64,000 bases of DNA from Lytechinus pictus (GCF_037042905.1 NC_087245.1:14076001-14140000); one strand, 5' to 3'. Shown: positions 24,596-39,159, counted from the stretch's first letter. Translations and numbers: made by a program. Notes: generated by a model from the letters alone, not told the origin.

Positions 24596-27500
24596 TTACA
24601 TTGATTCCAAACCCACCCTCCTCCAGTTTCATCTCCAATTCTTTTTATCAATAGAAGTTTCTTTCCACCAACCCATCACCTTCCTCCCATTCTTCTCTCC
24701 ACTTCCATTCTTCATCGCAGTATGCCATTTCCAGTTACTTGGTGTACCCAGCATGGTGTGAATCCAGTCAGCTCCAAATATAGAAATCCAGACTAATATT
24801 TGTGGTTCTAATCATTCCCCATCTTGCTCATTGCATTGAGCTTCAGAGGTCAATGAACCCCCCAAGCGTGTGTAAGGTTAGAGACATTATCCAATTTGGA
24901 GTCCATGCCAGATGCTGATTTGCCTGCATTAACAGTGCTAATCGAAGACCAATTTGCAATGCAGTGTACCAGAATTACATGTGATTATACTCAATGCCAT
25001 ACGATCACCAAGACTGTCTTTGTAAAGTATATACAGAAACTTCTCAGAAATTAAATGATTTATATTTGTTTATAATCATAAAAGGAAAAGTGAATTCAAA
25101 GATTCAGTTGTAAACACATTTTCGTTCCAGATGGCTTGTTTATTCATATTTTTCATTAATGAAATATGTAGGACTTCTAGAATTTGAAGAAGCATTTTTT
25201 TTCTTCCAAATTCAGATTTCATTTTGTAGTGATGAAAAAAAAAATTCACCTCTCAGAAGTGCGTTGTATTGTATCCCATCTGGATTTCACTCCATTTCCT
25301 ACTCAAAACGTTGATCCTTTGACCCAGTGAATTTCAGAAATATTACTAGTGACAGCGATATGAAACACACATTTTGTTCATCCACAAAGCTCCAGAGATT
25401 TGGCATGCTTTTTCCAGGGAATAGCTACTCTGAAAATGGGTAACAGAGTTTTCATTGAGAATTAAATTTCTTTTAAGAACCATTGTGTACTATTACTTAT
25501 GATCAGGGTTATTTCTGCAAGTTGTTTGTGATTATGTTGTGGTTAAATGATATTTTATTAATAAGTGTTCTTCGATGTAGTTCTATTAATGGATTTTTAT
25601 TGCTAAGCTGGTGTATGGTTTCCTCCATGCAGAAGGAATGATGTCAAGAGTTAAGTTCCATTCAAGTGACAAATTTTCATCCTACATTTAGAATAGTGAA
25701 TTTTCATGAAAAAAAAAATAGTTGTTGAGTTCAAGTGATTTTATACATTTCAATATGCAAACATGAAATGCGACTATGTAATGTGATTCTGCAGAATAAA
25801 CTTCTTGAATGTAATGAAGATATCAACCATAATTTTCCAGTTTGGATATACTTTGGTACACTCCTAGTTTACCTACACTTTTCTTGAAATAAGGGGAAAT
25901 CAGCAATGATAAGAAATCCTTTTTATGTTCTACAGTTATCATACGTTATTTTTGTGCTGCCAGTTTGATTCATATTATTTTATATTAACTTCAGAAACTT
26001 GCCTTAATGCATTCCAATTCTAATGAAATAGCCAACTAATTTAATCAGAAAATGTGATCAGAATTCCAGCGATTTAGGGGCAGGAGAGAGGGGAAATAAG
26101 AAAGGAGAGCTTTAACTTGACCTGATTTGTTCATGATTTTTATTATTAAAGTCAATGAAATTTGTTACTTACAGTTTGGGAATTAATTATTATTAGATCA
26201 CACCATATGGGAGCATAGGAGGAAAGTATAATTATTTTCCTAGCTGTATGATATTGCCAATTCATAATTTATGGAACCTAATGGTATATGGCATTGGTTC
26301 TCAATTAAAATGAAGGGAAAGGTTAGAATATAACATCTCTGTATAATTTTTTTTCTTATGCATTCTACATTTATCTTGTACTTTTTTTCAATTTTCTCCA
26401 ACTTATCCATCATGCTTTCTGTACATAACCTTGATTGTTTAAAAAAAAGAATTATTATCTTAACAGTTTTATACCTACTTCTTTCCTGTCAACAACCTCA
26501 CTCTGTTATTCTAAGTATGAACAGCTATTGTTGTCCTCACTGCTCTATCAATAAATCATTTTTACTTCCATATATTTGTCACTTTACCCCTATTTTCCCC
26601 AATTCCCAGGAAGGCTATCAAATGCTTGAATAATATAACTAGAATATGAATGAAATCGTAAGAGAGCAAGAAAAATTTGATTGCTCACATTAGCCTACGT
26701 GTCTCAATGTGATTATTGGAAATTATTTTCAAGCCGAATCCAGTGGGTCAATGCATGCCTAATGGGGCTATATTGTTTTTGCTCTCAGAGAAATTTTCTT
26801 TTTATGTAAACCTTCTCTTTTGAAATTAACTTTTCAAGGGTGGCAGCAGATATTTTACATATTTTTCTCATATGACGAAAAAATGCCATTTATTCAGGAG
26901 CATTTTTAGCAATCATGACGTAAAACCAGGCAAATATTTATTGTGATAGAGTGATGTTTTCTTGAAAATCGACTCTTGTCTCATAGAAGCTTCATGTATC
27001 TTTCTGGAATATTCTCAATCCATCAACCTGGTCAATCCATACTATAAAATGAAAAACAAGAATTAATAAAAGAAATTGAGCACTTTATTTATTTTATCTG
27101 GCAGTTTATTCAAATTTTTGTAGGCACAAAATCTACAAGTCACGCCCCTTAAATCTTACCCAAATCTGCTTAAAAATTCATAATTTCCAATCCTACATTT
27201 ACTTATTTTGATACAGGATTTAATCCTACCATTGAAGTGTAATGAGAGAAAATTGGCACTATAATATTTGATTTGGCAATGAATTAGGTCTTATTATTCG
27301 AAGTGTTTGATAAAAAATTACCCCTTTTAGAACCAGGTATAAAGATGTCATGCCAGTAATCAATAAGGCTGCATAGTTATTAGCCTCACTGCTTAGAACC
27401 CTGGTTATAATATTCTGAATTAATTTCATTTTAATGAGTATCATTAGTTATAATCAAGGTCAAAATTGTTCAGGTAAATAGATAAGTAGGTCTGGCATTG

Positions 27501-28539
27501 TTGTTCATCATGTGTTGTTGATGAGTCTGAGGAAGTCATTTTCTGTGGAGAACGGTACCTGCTCTTTGAATTAATGTCATTTTGGAAGACTTTTGCAATT
27601 ATTAGATGCAATCTACATAACTCAACTGACATAGGATTGAGCTTTCATAAGATGCTGATGTAAAGAAATGGATAATATGCATACCATCTCTTAGTCATTG
27701 CCACTCTTATAAAAGTTAGGCCTACTTAATTAGCAACAACGGGAGGCTCCTGAGGCAGAGGAAGGGGGAGGGGGTGCAGTCTTTGTCCTACATGGTACTA
27801 GTTTTTTTCTTCTTTCAATCAGTACTTTTAATCTTATTTCCAAATAAATATTCTCCTGAACCCATTCTGAAGTGTATTGTGGAACAAAAGTTATTTTGTT
27901 AATTCTTATTTATTTATTTAATTATTCTATTTTCATTTTTTAGGGTGGGTGCTTATTTTGTATATTTAAAGTAAAGATTTCTCTTTTTTTAGGGCACAAA
28001 GTTAATAATAGTTGGGACCAAAGATGAATTCTGTATAAACATACATGTATGTCATCTCAAAGAGAGTTTTTAGTGCATTGCTGTGATGGTGGCACCTCCT
28101 TGACAAACAACTCGGCTATATCTGAAGCTTACATACTGATACGACCCTCTTAGCTGTAATGAACAATATTTGATCCGGCGGCGATATATGGTCTCTTAGC
28201 GTTACATCTCTAGCTGTGAAGGCGTTGAGAAGTGAAGGAGATCTTCTAATCAAGTTATCACCTTCCATGAACGCACGTCAGATATAAAGGAGATGGGATC
28301 AACGGTCTGTTCTCATTGATGCTAATAGCTTTCTCAGTAGATGAGCTTATGCAAAGTTTGAGCTGAGATGCACTGTCCTTTTTTTGTGGAAAGCTTAGTG
28401 TGAGGGATGATTTCATAGAGAAGATGCTATCAAAATGGATAAAGACCTTTGAATAAGTCAGGTCACTTATAACTCAAATACCAAATTTCTAGACAACAGC
28501 TTGAGTGGAACTGATATGAAATGTCCAAGATGTCAATAA

Positions 28540-29002
28540 TATACAAATAATGCATGTAAGTGCGTGCATGCAGGGCCAAATAATGAACAATGTGCGAGAA
28601 GAGCCAATGGATTTACCGCCCCGAGGTCCGCAGGACCGATTGCAGTACATCCATTTTGCGAGTCGAGCACAGAATTCATTATTTAGGTCCTCTATGCACA
28701 AGAAAACATGCATCATTTGTTTTATAAACCCCCCTCCCCCATGTTACTGAGTTGCCCCAAATGCTATATTTGATCTAAATTCTAGATAATTTTAGATAAT
28801 TCCAGACCTTGCACTCTCTTGCACTCTGACGTCGGAGCGCAGGAAAGTGCATTTGGTATGATGTCAGAGTGCAGGATAGTACATTTGGTATGACATCAGA
28901 GTGCAGGATAGTGCATTTTGGATGCCATAGTGCAATTCACTGAATATCATGTGATCCTATTTGGACCAATCAGATTACAGAACATTCTTGGGAGTTGTAT
29001 AA
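28540..29002 (+). mobile_element. Hairpin-bearing non-autonomous element (Crypton-like), with internal 32-bp tandem repeat x3 at ~28827-28923
   Basis: tatacaaataatgcatgt ... acatgcatcatttgt stem around a cgaggtccgcaggaccga loop; ends ccaatcag...ttgtataa; same layout as 50053-50520. Confidence 0.6.
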
Positions 29003-31293
29003 GATTGATTGTTGAGTGAAGACTATATTCACAATTATACAGAGCAATTGGTAATCTTGCCTTACACCATGGTAAGATTGTTTTATTCCATAGTGCCATG
29101 GGGATGAAATGCTAATGAAAGATGGTAATTCTATCATCCTTTGCTGTCCTGATCGAATGATAAATGAAAAATGGAATTGGCCGGAGGCAGGCGCTCTATG
29201 CCTTACGTGCAGGAGTATCAAGTAGCCCTCTGTTTTTACAAGGGTGAAATGAATAATCATTGATAGCAGCTCTTGAAGGGAAGAAGCTGGAGAAGAGGCA
29301 GAAAGGTGTTTTAAATGTGTGAGCCTGATATTCTCTGTGAGAGTTTAAAGATAATAATGATTATGATAATAATAATTTCTATGTATATAGTTTATAACAA
29401 TCAAAGAAGAACCTCTGTGACCTTAATAATAATGTGTTGTATTAATCTGTCATGTGTAGGCTATGTTGTACTGCTATATCCATATTTATTTTATTGCAAT
29501 GGATGAAAACCCCTCCTTTCAGTTGATACATGTATGCCCTAACCAGACTTCCAATAATATTGATAGTGCCTTATTGCCTTATACACAACATTTTGTGGGT
29601 CTTACAACCAAGTGCGCCTACCTATAGCTTGGTATACAATGAGTTTAAATTCATGAGATGTATTCCAGTCATTGTGAGCATAAGATGTGCTTACATTACC
29701 CTCATTTTCTTACAGCCCAAGTGCTTGGGTAAGAAGGTGTGTCAATGGGCCCATCTACATCAGCTTGAGTTTTTAAATTTTCCTGCAATTTCTTATCCAG
29801 CAAACCATCTTGATGAGAACAACCCTGGATTATTTGTAAATAAGGTGCAATGGGCAGAATATTTTGTGCAGGGGCAGGGGCTCTCAACAATAGTAGTTTA
29901 CACACACAACCTAAGGTTTCCCTAAATGCATTTTTCATTTGTTGAATACCCTACCCATGTTCAATGTATATGCAAATGTTCTCTTTGTATTCTACCTGGT
30001 AAACCAGTGTAAAGTGTGAACCCTATAATCCATGCCACATTTTTTAAGGAATTAAAAAAAAAAAAATTATGAATATGCTTCAAAGAAATATAGTAGCTAC
30101 CAATAGGTATTTCAGCAGTAACTTTATCAAATGCCACCCTCCCCCCAAAAAAAAATCATGTCATTGGTTATATTACCAAACATGTAGGCCTATAATGTCA
30201 ATGTCATTAAATTTCTGCATCAGAACCACGACTCAACCATTTACAAGGAAAATGCCCTTTTACCGCCCTTTAGCTATCCTTGCGCTCAATACCAAAAATG
30301 GAGCTGGGCTTCAAGCAAACTTGATTTTCATTTGCAATTGGAATACACATGATATCTGTATCACTACAGTGCATTATTTTTTCTTTATAAGCTGCTGGTC
30401 ATTCTGCTCACGTTGGATTTAGAAAAAAAAAATCAATAAAATCTGAATTACCAATAGTCACAGCAGTCCAATAACCAGTGGGATTATCCTCTACAAGAAA
30501 AGGTGGAAGGGATAAAGAGTTATATCCTCAATTTTCAACAAAAATAACCTTGCAAAGTGTGTGGAATGACAAGTAAAGTGTGACCTTGTATCATTTAGTT
30601 CCATCAGACTGCATCAAAATATTGACCCATCAGTGGCGGATACATGCACATATTGGCCAGAAACACCGGCTATTGTTCATATTTTGCTTTGAACACAAAC
30701 ACAACACACATTTGTATTTTTGTTTGATTTTACGCTATGTTTTAGCTCTTGAACAACTGTTCAAGGTGACTGGGTACAATTCTACCTCCATGGTACAAAT
30801 GAGCACAGTGTGCTATGTGAGAGGACAACTGTGATTTTATTCACAAATTTGTGTTTGCTGTGGGTGATTTGCATTCAGTGGTGAAGTTGAGCGTATAGTC
30901 CAGAGGGAGGTAGAGGATTGTATTAGGGATACCATCCTTGTGTGTGTTACAGCAGTTATTTTGTTAGAAAGGATAAGACAGAGGAGTGAGAGGTTAACAA
31001 GTTTATGTTGAGGTGAACAAATATGACTTACAAAATGGATATCTCATTTGAATCTTTACTTTAGGTTCATGATAATTGACCCAAATGATTATGGGATTAT
31101 ATTTAATCAAAGTTGTTCTCATCTGAGGTAGCACTTCATCATGAGAAGAAAATCTTTAAGATGGCAGATTGCATTGGGAGCAAGTGAGATAAGGCCCCTC
31201 CATCACCAATGTATATCAAAATTTCATTTGATGTAAGTTGTTATGTAATTGCGTATTAATTTTTTTCCTTTTTTTTCCCCATGAATTTTCCAG

Positions 31294-31485
31294 AATACAT
31301 TCACAAATGCGGAAAGACTTCTGAAGGACGCCGCGCAGCTAGCTCAAACCGGGGAGTGCGAGCCCGACGAGATCGAACCGGTTGCGAGGGCTTTAGAAGC
31401 CAAAGTCGGGGACTTTGTTGGCCGAGTTGCACAGCGTCGTCAGTTGCTTGTTATGTCAGTGGCCTTTCATCAGCACAGTAAAGAG
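31294..31485 (+). CDS. trio: Trio/Kalirin RhoGEF exon A (spectrin repeat): NTFTNAERLLKDAAQLAQTGECEPDEIEPVARALEAKVGDFVGRVAQRRQLLVMSVAFHQHSKE
   Basis: ttttccag acceptor, GAG|gtatg donor, 192 nt open, phase 0/0. Closely resembles the recalled vertebrate TRIO/KALRN segment NTYTNADKLLEAAEQLAQTGECDPEEI...MSVSFHTH. Confidence 0.95.
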
Positions 31486-32018
31486 GTATGTTTGATGATG
31501 AGTTGGGATGAATGGTAAAAGCTACTGAAATTGATTTGATTGGTTGATAGCAGATTGGTTTTAAAAATAGCAGATGCCATTATTAATTAGAGTTTAAATG
31601 TGACCCTTAAATTTGAATTATCCTTGACTAGCCCAATAGGCCCGATATAAATGTAGTATTCTTCACCATCAATATCACAGTTTCATATTCAATCAATCTT
31701 TCTATTCATCCAGATTAATTGTTCTGAACAAATTTTAAATTATAAAGCATTTGCTAGATACCACACTCAGTAATGAGGGATAAAAAAGTTAGTAAAGTTT
31801 ATTATGCAGTTGTGCATACCTCATGCACTTCTGTTTTGTTCTAACATGCCTTCTTTTCCTGTTACCATTTTCTTCTGTCAATGAAACATATGAAATTAAT
31901 TTCCTGTCGTACAAGGAGTATCTAAGAATTCATTACAGAAGTACAACAAATGAATTATCATTGTTTTCTAGAATATAATTTCCTTTTCCCCTTTCCACCT
32001 TTGATTTCACTTTTACAG

Positions 32019-32188
32019 CTGAGTATATGGTACAAGGAACTCCAGGAGAGTTTACGTAGCAGTGTTGTCTCAGAGACTGTGGATGGTGCAGAGAAAGATT
32101 TAGCAGAATTCGAGCACCAAAGAACAATTACGGTTGATGCCTCGGTCAATACCATTGGAATAGGACAGAATCTCATTGACCAGTTAAG
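32019..32188 (+). CDS. trio: Trio exon B (spectrin repeat): LSIWYKELQESLRSSVVSETVDGAEKDLAEFEHQRTITVDASVNTIGIGQNLIDQL(R)
   Basis: ttttacag acceptor, AG|gtagg donor, 170 nt, phase 0/2; in frame with exons A and C. Confidence 0.93.
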
Positions 32189-32424
32189 GTAGGGTTATCT
32201 TGAGTTTTTATTGGCAACTGTTATAAGCTACTGAAATCCTTGCATTCAATTGGCTCAGAACAAAGATAAAGCAGAATTAGAGCACCCAAGAACGATAACT
32301 GTTGATACCTTGGTCAATACCATTGGTATAGGCAATTAGGCATGAAACTGATAGGTCCATGGTATAAGACGGAATCTGTTGACTAGTTGAGGTAAGTTCA
32401 TCCTCGTATGAGGAATGCATCAAA

Positions 32425-32552
32425 AGAGCATTTCGTGAAATAGTGATGTTCACTGATGACTGTTTTAAGCTACTGATATCTTTGCATCTGATTGGCTGAA
32501 AGCAAGTTAATTTGGGAAATCAATGACTATAATCTTCATGAAACACTCTCTT
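32425..32552. mobile_element. Short MITE-like repeat carrying the aagctactga..ttgcat..gattggct motif
   Basis: gagcatttcgtgaa ... ttcatgaaacactc IR; the core motif recurs at ~31519 and 32225, and reverse-complemented near 50547 and 62748. Confidence 0.5.
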
Positions 32553-34599
32553 GGTTTTTTTTTTACGATAATACTATTGGAGTGTGGTCAAAATCAAACT
32601 AGTTCTGAGATCATGAACCAGTGATTAAGCATTATGTTTGTTGGGGAAAAGCTTGTATGTTCATACTTTGATATGCTTTAAAAACTTTTCTTTACTGACT
32701 CCACACTACTTTTAGACGTCCTTAGCTTCCTAAAGAACAAGTTTTCTTCAATTTTTTAAAGAAATAAGAAAACCTTCCCCTTGTACTGTTGTAAAACCCT
32801 TAGTCCAAAAGGAAGATTGGTAAGAAAGTATTGAATATGAATGGAAGAATAGAAATCAGTGAAAGAAAATGGAAATTGTTTTGTTGCAATTCTTGACAAA
32901 GTGTACTTGATTGTATATGCCAAATTGAACTTTCACAATGCAATAAATCAAAGCAATGGCAAATTTCATTATGATGGATGAATGCATGGAATTCTTATTG
33001 TATTGCTATATACGCTATTAAACTATCAAACTATTTTTCTAAATCATGATTGACATTCATGGGTCATTTGAAATCCCTATGGGACCGCCCGAGTGGTCAA
33101 ACTCACTTTAATAAATGATGTCATAATTGACAGTGAAATAGCACATATTATAAATGGGTATGTAGTCTTGAATGCAGGTGAATTTTATTTTCCTTTCCTT
33201 TGCTTCATTGATTTAGATTCAATTTACATTCAGTTGATTGCTGCTACAATCAAATTATTCAGGTGAAATAAAAGGTTTGCAATGAAATGAAATGTTTACA
33301 ATAACATAGGGAAATAAAAATGATTGTGGAGATTCATGCGAAGCAAAGCTCAACTGAAAAGAGGTGATCAAATTGGAACGCAAAAAAAAATAATTATCAC
33401 CTCCCCACCCCCCCTCCCCCCAAAAATACTCTTCTACATGTAGCACAAAGGGGAGAAGAGAAGAAATTATTGTCAGCCTATATGGAAATTCAGCAATGAT
33501 GAGAATAGAAGCTGAAAAATAAGGAGAAACTTACTTGATTATTAAAAAATGACAAATTTCTGATTCAGTAAACATAATACAGTCTTGAGCTGCAGAAGTT
33601 CACCTATAATTAACTTATTAGGCAAGGTTCTTGTACATGTAAGTGTACTCAACTGGTGCATTAGGCAGTATGCTTAAATGTTCAGAAAATGTATTGTTTG
33701 TGCATTCTGTCCTTGACTGCCTTGAGTAATTATTGCAGATTACAATAAATGATTCATCAGCTTTTGTGTCTTAAAGCTGAACATCGTTTCACGTTCCCAG
33801 AATTTCTCAGTGACTTCATATTGTGTGACTTCTGAATGTAAATTGAATAAACTCTCTTATTAACAGTTAGTGATGCAACATTTTTTCAATGCAAGCTTTA
33901 AATCCCATCATCAGGGAATTGACTAATCCTTCATAAGATTATGTTTACATGTTGATGCAGTGTTACCCATGAAAGCCTATATGGACACTATTTCATGCTT
34001 GGTGTAACACCAAGTCATGATCTATTTACTGTGTATATTTACATGTGGACTACTCGCCAAGGATAACAAATTCTGTACAAAATGAAACTCTGAACAGTGT
34101 GATGTACGGCCTACAGTATTATGTCATGTCCCTTTGAAACAATATTATGGGCATTATCTATGATAGGACTCTGTACAAGAATAGATGTATATGTTCCTGC
34201 CTGATCATAAAAATACAGTTTGTAGATTAAAAAATGTTAATACTAGATAATTTATTTTGCCCTTTTACACCCATCTGAACCCCCATTTAAGAATAGACAT
34301 AGTTGTGAGCCAGCAACAAGCATCATGCATTTCTTTGAAGGATACCATTCTTCTTGCCTTTATATCTAAGTTCTCCACACTGCAAACATTCTGAAATATT
34401 ATGAAGTGAAAAGTGGGCTTTCCTACTAACCAGTAGGTATGTAGACCCATGTATTTCCTTTGGGGATGTTACCAATTGATGCTGATAATTTCTGATATTA
34501 TGATAAAATAGATATGAAAGCCCCTAATGTACCAATGTCAATGTATAAGAGCTACACCACATCCAATTTATTCTCAATATAGCTTTAAGAGGGGTATAT

Positions 34600-35062
34600 G
34601 AGGCTGTTCTCACTCAGTTCCTTAAACTAGTTTAGTGGAAACTAGTTTAGTGGAAACTAGTTTAACGCTAAGTGAGAACGGTCGAAGCGCTCTTGGAAGC
34701 GCTCTTCCAAACCAGTTTGGAAGACCACCTCGCGATGTAGTTTTCAAGATCGCTTCGCATCGGAAAAGTGGTTTTAGCGTAAGTGAGGACACAACCGTTC
34801 TTCGGGAAGCGATCTTCGCACATTTTGAGCGCGCTACTCCACACGACAGGTGTAGAATGCCTATGCTGCGGTTTCGAATTTCGCGCGAAACGTGTCTCCC
34901 CACTGAGAGCGTTTCCATAGCAACAAGAGCGCTATACGTGAAGTGATTTTGAAAACCACTTTCGTGTGATCAAGTGAGAACGCTAGCAAAGCGATCTTCC
35001 AAACTGGCTTTCTGAACCGGTTCCCAGTAAACTAGTTTTAGGAACGTAGTGAGAACAGCCTC
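34600..35062. mobile_element. GC-rich MITE with ~35-bp TIR and 3-bp TAT flanks (Harbinger-like)
   Basis: TAT-GAGGCTGTTCTCACT ... AGTGAGAACAGCCTC-TAT; subterminal 15-bp tandem aaactagtttagtgg; CpG-rich. Confidence 0.9.
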
Positions 35063-37019
35063 TATGTTTCTTTTAGGAACTCCTCTGTGTGCAGATGTAA
35101 ACCATTATAGAATGCTTTGAAGAAGACAGAGTATAGTTTATTATCTTTATCCCTAAAAGCCATGATGAGTCCATACACTTTGTTTACATTGGTCTGTAAT
35201 GGGCGATATGTGAAGTTTATGGGTGTCTGCGGACATGGAGATTTATTACTCTGATCAAAGCCATCACAGAAATTTGCCTCTCTTCTGTATAAAACTTTAT
35301 GGAATCTAGTGGTTTCTTATAGATGAAGCTAAATGGTTTGTGAGATTATAGCCTGGAGAAGAGCCCCCTTTAAGGCATGGAATGGGAAGGCTTTCATTGC
35401 CTCTACACATAAAACGGGACTTAATTGCAATTATATATAGAATGAAGGGGGGAGGGGGGTTATCGTGACCCCCTTGACATTTTTTAATTTTTAGCATTAA
35501 ATGAAAAGTAAAGTAAATTGGACCTTGATCTATATTTCTATACCGACATGCAGGCCTACATACAGAAAGTGTTTTATATAATTTCTCATTAGCATTATGT
35601 TGTTGGGTCATTACTATCCATGGGTCAGGGTAATTGTAGTCCCTGTTGATTATATAAAGGCCTATGTGGTTTCATTAGTCCCTTTAATATTTAAAAGTGA
35701 TCATGAAGTTAGCATGAATGTGTCCGTCAACAACATTTTGTTGACCAAACCATTCAGATTCAGATGAAAATCCAAAATCATGTCAGTTATTCTTGATGCA
35801 CGTGTTAACAACAACAAAGTCTGATAGTCATTGAACCAATAATTCAGAGGCTGATATAAGTTATTGTTTCAATATACATACTGTAACTACAAAAATTATA
35901 GGCCTATGCATTAAAATATACAAGATCATTAAATGTAGGCCTCCCTGTTCACTATTCAATATTTATACATCTGGGACCCCAATTACCTCAAGCAATATGT
36001 AATATTATATATGTATATTTTTTACTTTGTTTTAGCTTTAAAGCTTGGGCAAACAGGCCACAATTTGGCAGTCTATTCCTGATTTCTTTTGTTTCTGAGA
36101 ACTGTAAAGAGGAATTATGTCTGCAAGGTCAGGCATATATCTATCAATGATCACTTGTTAGGCCACTTAAGGCTTCCCGCCATTTTGTAGAGGTTTCCCC
36201 AAATATCTTCCCACCTGTACAAGACATATGAAGGAAATATCAGGGTCTATGATCATTGTTGGGTGAAAGTTCTACATTTTTGTGAGTGCATGGCCAGTGT
36301 ACTTTAGGTTTCTTCATTCAATAATATTTACAATGAATTATGACCAAGTTTGGATTGAGGTATTATTCGAAAGTAATCCATGAAATTCTAGAAATTCATC
36401 AAAAACCTTAGACGATCCGATTCAGAAAATTCTTGGATTCCAGGGAGGAAAGCAGAATAAGCAACACCATGTTATACTCGCAGCATGGGAGTTTACACAT
36501 CACAATCAGACCTGTTTATCTTGGCTCTGCTGAAGAGTTTACACAGTTGCAGCCCCCTATTCAAAATGCCCTGTAATAACCCACCAAGGACAATGTACAA
36601 CTTCTTTGTGTATGTGTGGGACTGAAGAAAAGAAAAAAAAACTCACCAGGGAACTGGTTTATGTATGGTTCAAAAGAAGCACATAGACCTTGATGGCCCA
36701 CTTTGTGGGACCAGAGGAAACTAAAGATTGTAACCAAAAGACCTTTAGGATATTGGGTAATAGGATTCCCCCACCTTTTTCTCAAAACCGGCTTTGTCAT
36801 TCAGAAAGAGAGAAAAAAAAAGATCAGTAACTTGATAGAGGAGGACTACAGATCAGAGAAGTACATCACATTATTGTTAATTTTTTAGTATAATGTTATG
36901 CTTCAGGAAAAAAAATACTTGCCTCCTGATGTTAATCAAAGAAGCAGGGAATTTGATTTCTGCTGGTTGATGAAGCAGATTTGCAGGGTTGAATTTGTAG
37001 GCCCTTCTTGATTGAGAGG

Positions 37020-37080
37020 TAGATATTTAGATATATTTATATTTATATAGATATATTTCTATATATATATATATATATTT
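37020..37080. repeat. (TA)n-rich microsatellite
   Basis: atatatagatatatttctatatatatatatatat. Confidence 0.8.
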
Positions 37081-38805
37081 AATTAGATGATAATTTGTCT
37101 TTTCCTGAGCCGATGTATGATGAGAGTTCCATCATTAGCCCAGCAGATGCAATATCAAATGTACAGGATGTAATTGCCCACTGCGATATTGATTTTTCTC
37201 TCTGAACGTCAAAGATAATTCATGAATTCTGGTCTCCATCTCATGACATCAACACTTGACCCAATTTTACATCACAATCTCAAATTTCATAAATCTGAAT
37301 CCCTCAATATTCCCATTAAGATTTCTCAAGATTATTTTGGGGGACAAAAGCATGCATCATTAATTTCATGGAATCATTGGATTATTATCGATGTGAGCCT
37401 TGCTGTAAATGGAAAACTCTTTTCCAATCTGTAAGAATTGTAGATTGAACTGCTTCTTCTTTGACTTGTATACAGACTTTGAGTTTTTTTTTCCTTCTTT
37501 CATTCACAAAGTTGCATGAAGAAAGAAATGTGATGGTGGTTTTTAGTTTAAAAAAAAAATGGTCTAGGTCTACACTTTGGATTGTAAAGGTAAACCTCCC
37601 TTCAGTCAATGTAAATGCCATGATACCCAATCCCAAAATGCATTTTGATCTTCATGTATTGAGAATGCTTTAGAAATTAATGTAAACTTGGAGATATTTT
37701 GAATTTCAAAATGTTGAAACTTTTCTGATGGCAGCTACTGTTTGATGAAGGTACCCCTAAGGCAGCTCATCTCCGATAACACTATCAATGAGTGCATTCA
37801 ATTAACATTTACAAGATTGTTTATCCACCCGCTAACATCCTCAGGAGGTTTTATTTTCATTCAGACTGTCATTCTCATTAACATTCATTGCGGTGGAGCA
37901 TTAAAGAGAATGTAAACATTTCTTATTTAGTTTTGAATCAACGTTTGTAGTCTTAATCTTTAATTTGTGACATGGGTCTTTCTCCATGGTACATTTGCCC
38001 ACATGTGTAAGTTTATGTTGGCAATTTTCATCAAAATTTCAGCGTTACTCAGTTTTCAGCTTTAGTTTTGAATTTTTTAAACTATGTTGTAATTACTATT
38101 ATGATACAGGAAAATTTCACCTTAATTTAGAAAACCTCAAACCAAAAAAAAAAAATACTGTGACCCTGTGTATTTGACTTTTATAATGTCATGCACAATG
38201 AAAAAATGAGGTAGTGGTCAAGCCTCTTGATGAGCACTGTACTCCTTCCATCTTTGATAAAATTCTTATTAAAATTCTCACTTAAAAAACAAATGATAAT
38301 TCAGTAGTGTTTCTTTATGAGATCTTATAAATTTCATTGAGTGTCATGTCCATTCTTAGAGAATAGACGTCATAAAATTTGCTGTATCCAAGAAATATTC
38401 AAGACTAGTGTGTGATTTTGAGATAAATATCTTGAAGAGCTTCAAAATGCATTTATGGATTTGAAAGAATATTAGATTGAAGCCCTTGAGACCAGTTTAG
38501 ATAGGGAATGAGTATTTACAGTTGTGTGCACATATTTGATGTCGATGAGAACTGTGAAAGGGGGATCCATTGTAATATTCAGTTAGCTTTAAAAAAAAAA
38601 CTGAGAGAAATGTGTCATTGTAAGTTGGAGGAAAGGGAACTACTGATCAGAATGTATTAGAGTTGCAACTGAGATTACCACTCTCTTTTTTCTTTAATTA
38701 CAATGTATTTTTCCTTCCTCTTTGATTGCAAAGAGAAATTCTGAAACTTACACTGGTCCATTATTCTTATTTATCTGCTTTTACACCAACATAAATACCC
38801 CATGA

Positions 38806-38993
38806 CAGGGGCCGCAGAAGCAGGGGGGGGGGGGGAGAGGCTGGGGGGACTTCAGCCCACCCCCACTGTTTTCCAAAACCGTGTACAAAAACATAAGAAT
38901 GACCATATGATTGTGATTTTTTGCATGGTCAGCTCCCCCCACTTTTGACTCGCCCCCCCCCCCCCCACTTTGAAAACCGTTCCGCGGCCCCTG
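38806..38993. mobile_element. CAGGGG-terminal MITE with 5-bp CATGA flanking duplication
   Basis: CATGA-CAGGGGCCGCAGAA ... TTCCGCGGCCCCTG-CATGA; G-run/C-run subterminal. Confidence 0.85.
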
Positions 38994-39159
38994 CATGATA
39001 TAAACATTTGGACATTCGTATGTAAAATTTTGGAATTCATCATCTGTATTTGGCTCTCACTTACTGGCGGATCCAGGGGGGGGGCTTAGCTGACCTGTGC
39101 CCCCTCCCCTTTTGAGAAGCAAATTTAAAATTTGTAAACGGTTCTATGCATGTCCTCAT

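Noticed and set aside
28827..28923. CRISPR-like array of 32-bp repeats
   Set aside because: Head-to-tail tandem units with no unique spacers, no cas genes, eukaryotic context.
31281..31481. ORF-track peptide MNFPEYIHK...
   Set aside because: Wrong frame over exon A; the Trio-like frame starts at 31294.
34622..34946. Overlapping ~100-aa ORFs as a transposase or gene
   Set aside because: Both lie inside a 463-bp GC-rich MITE and show no recognisable catalytic motif.
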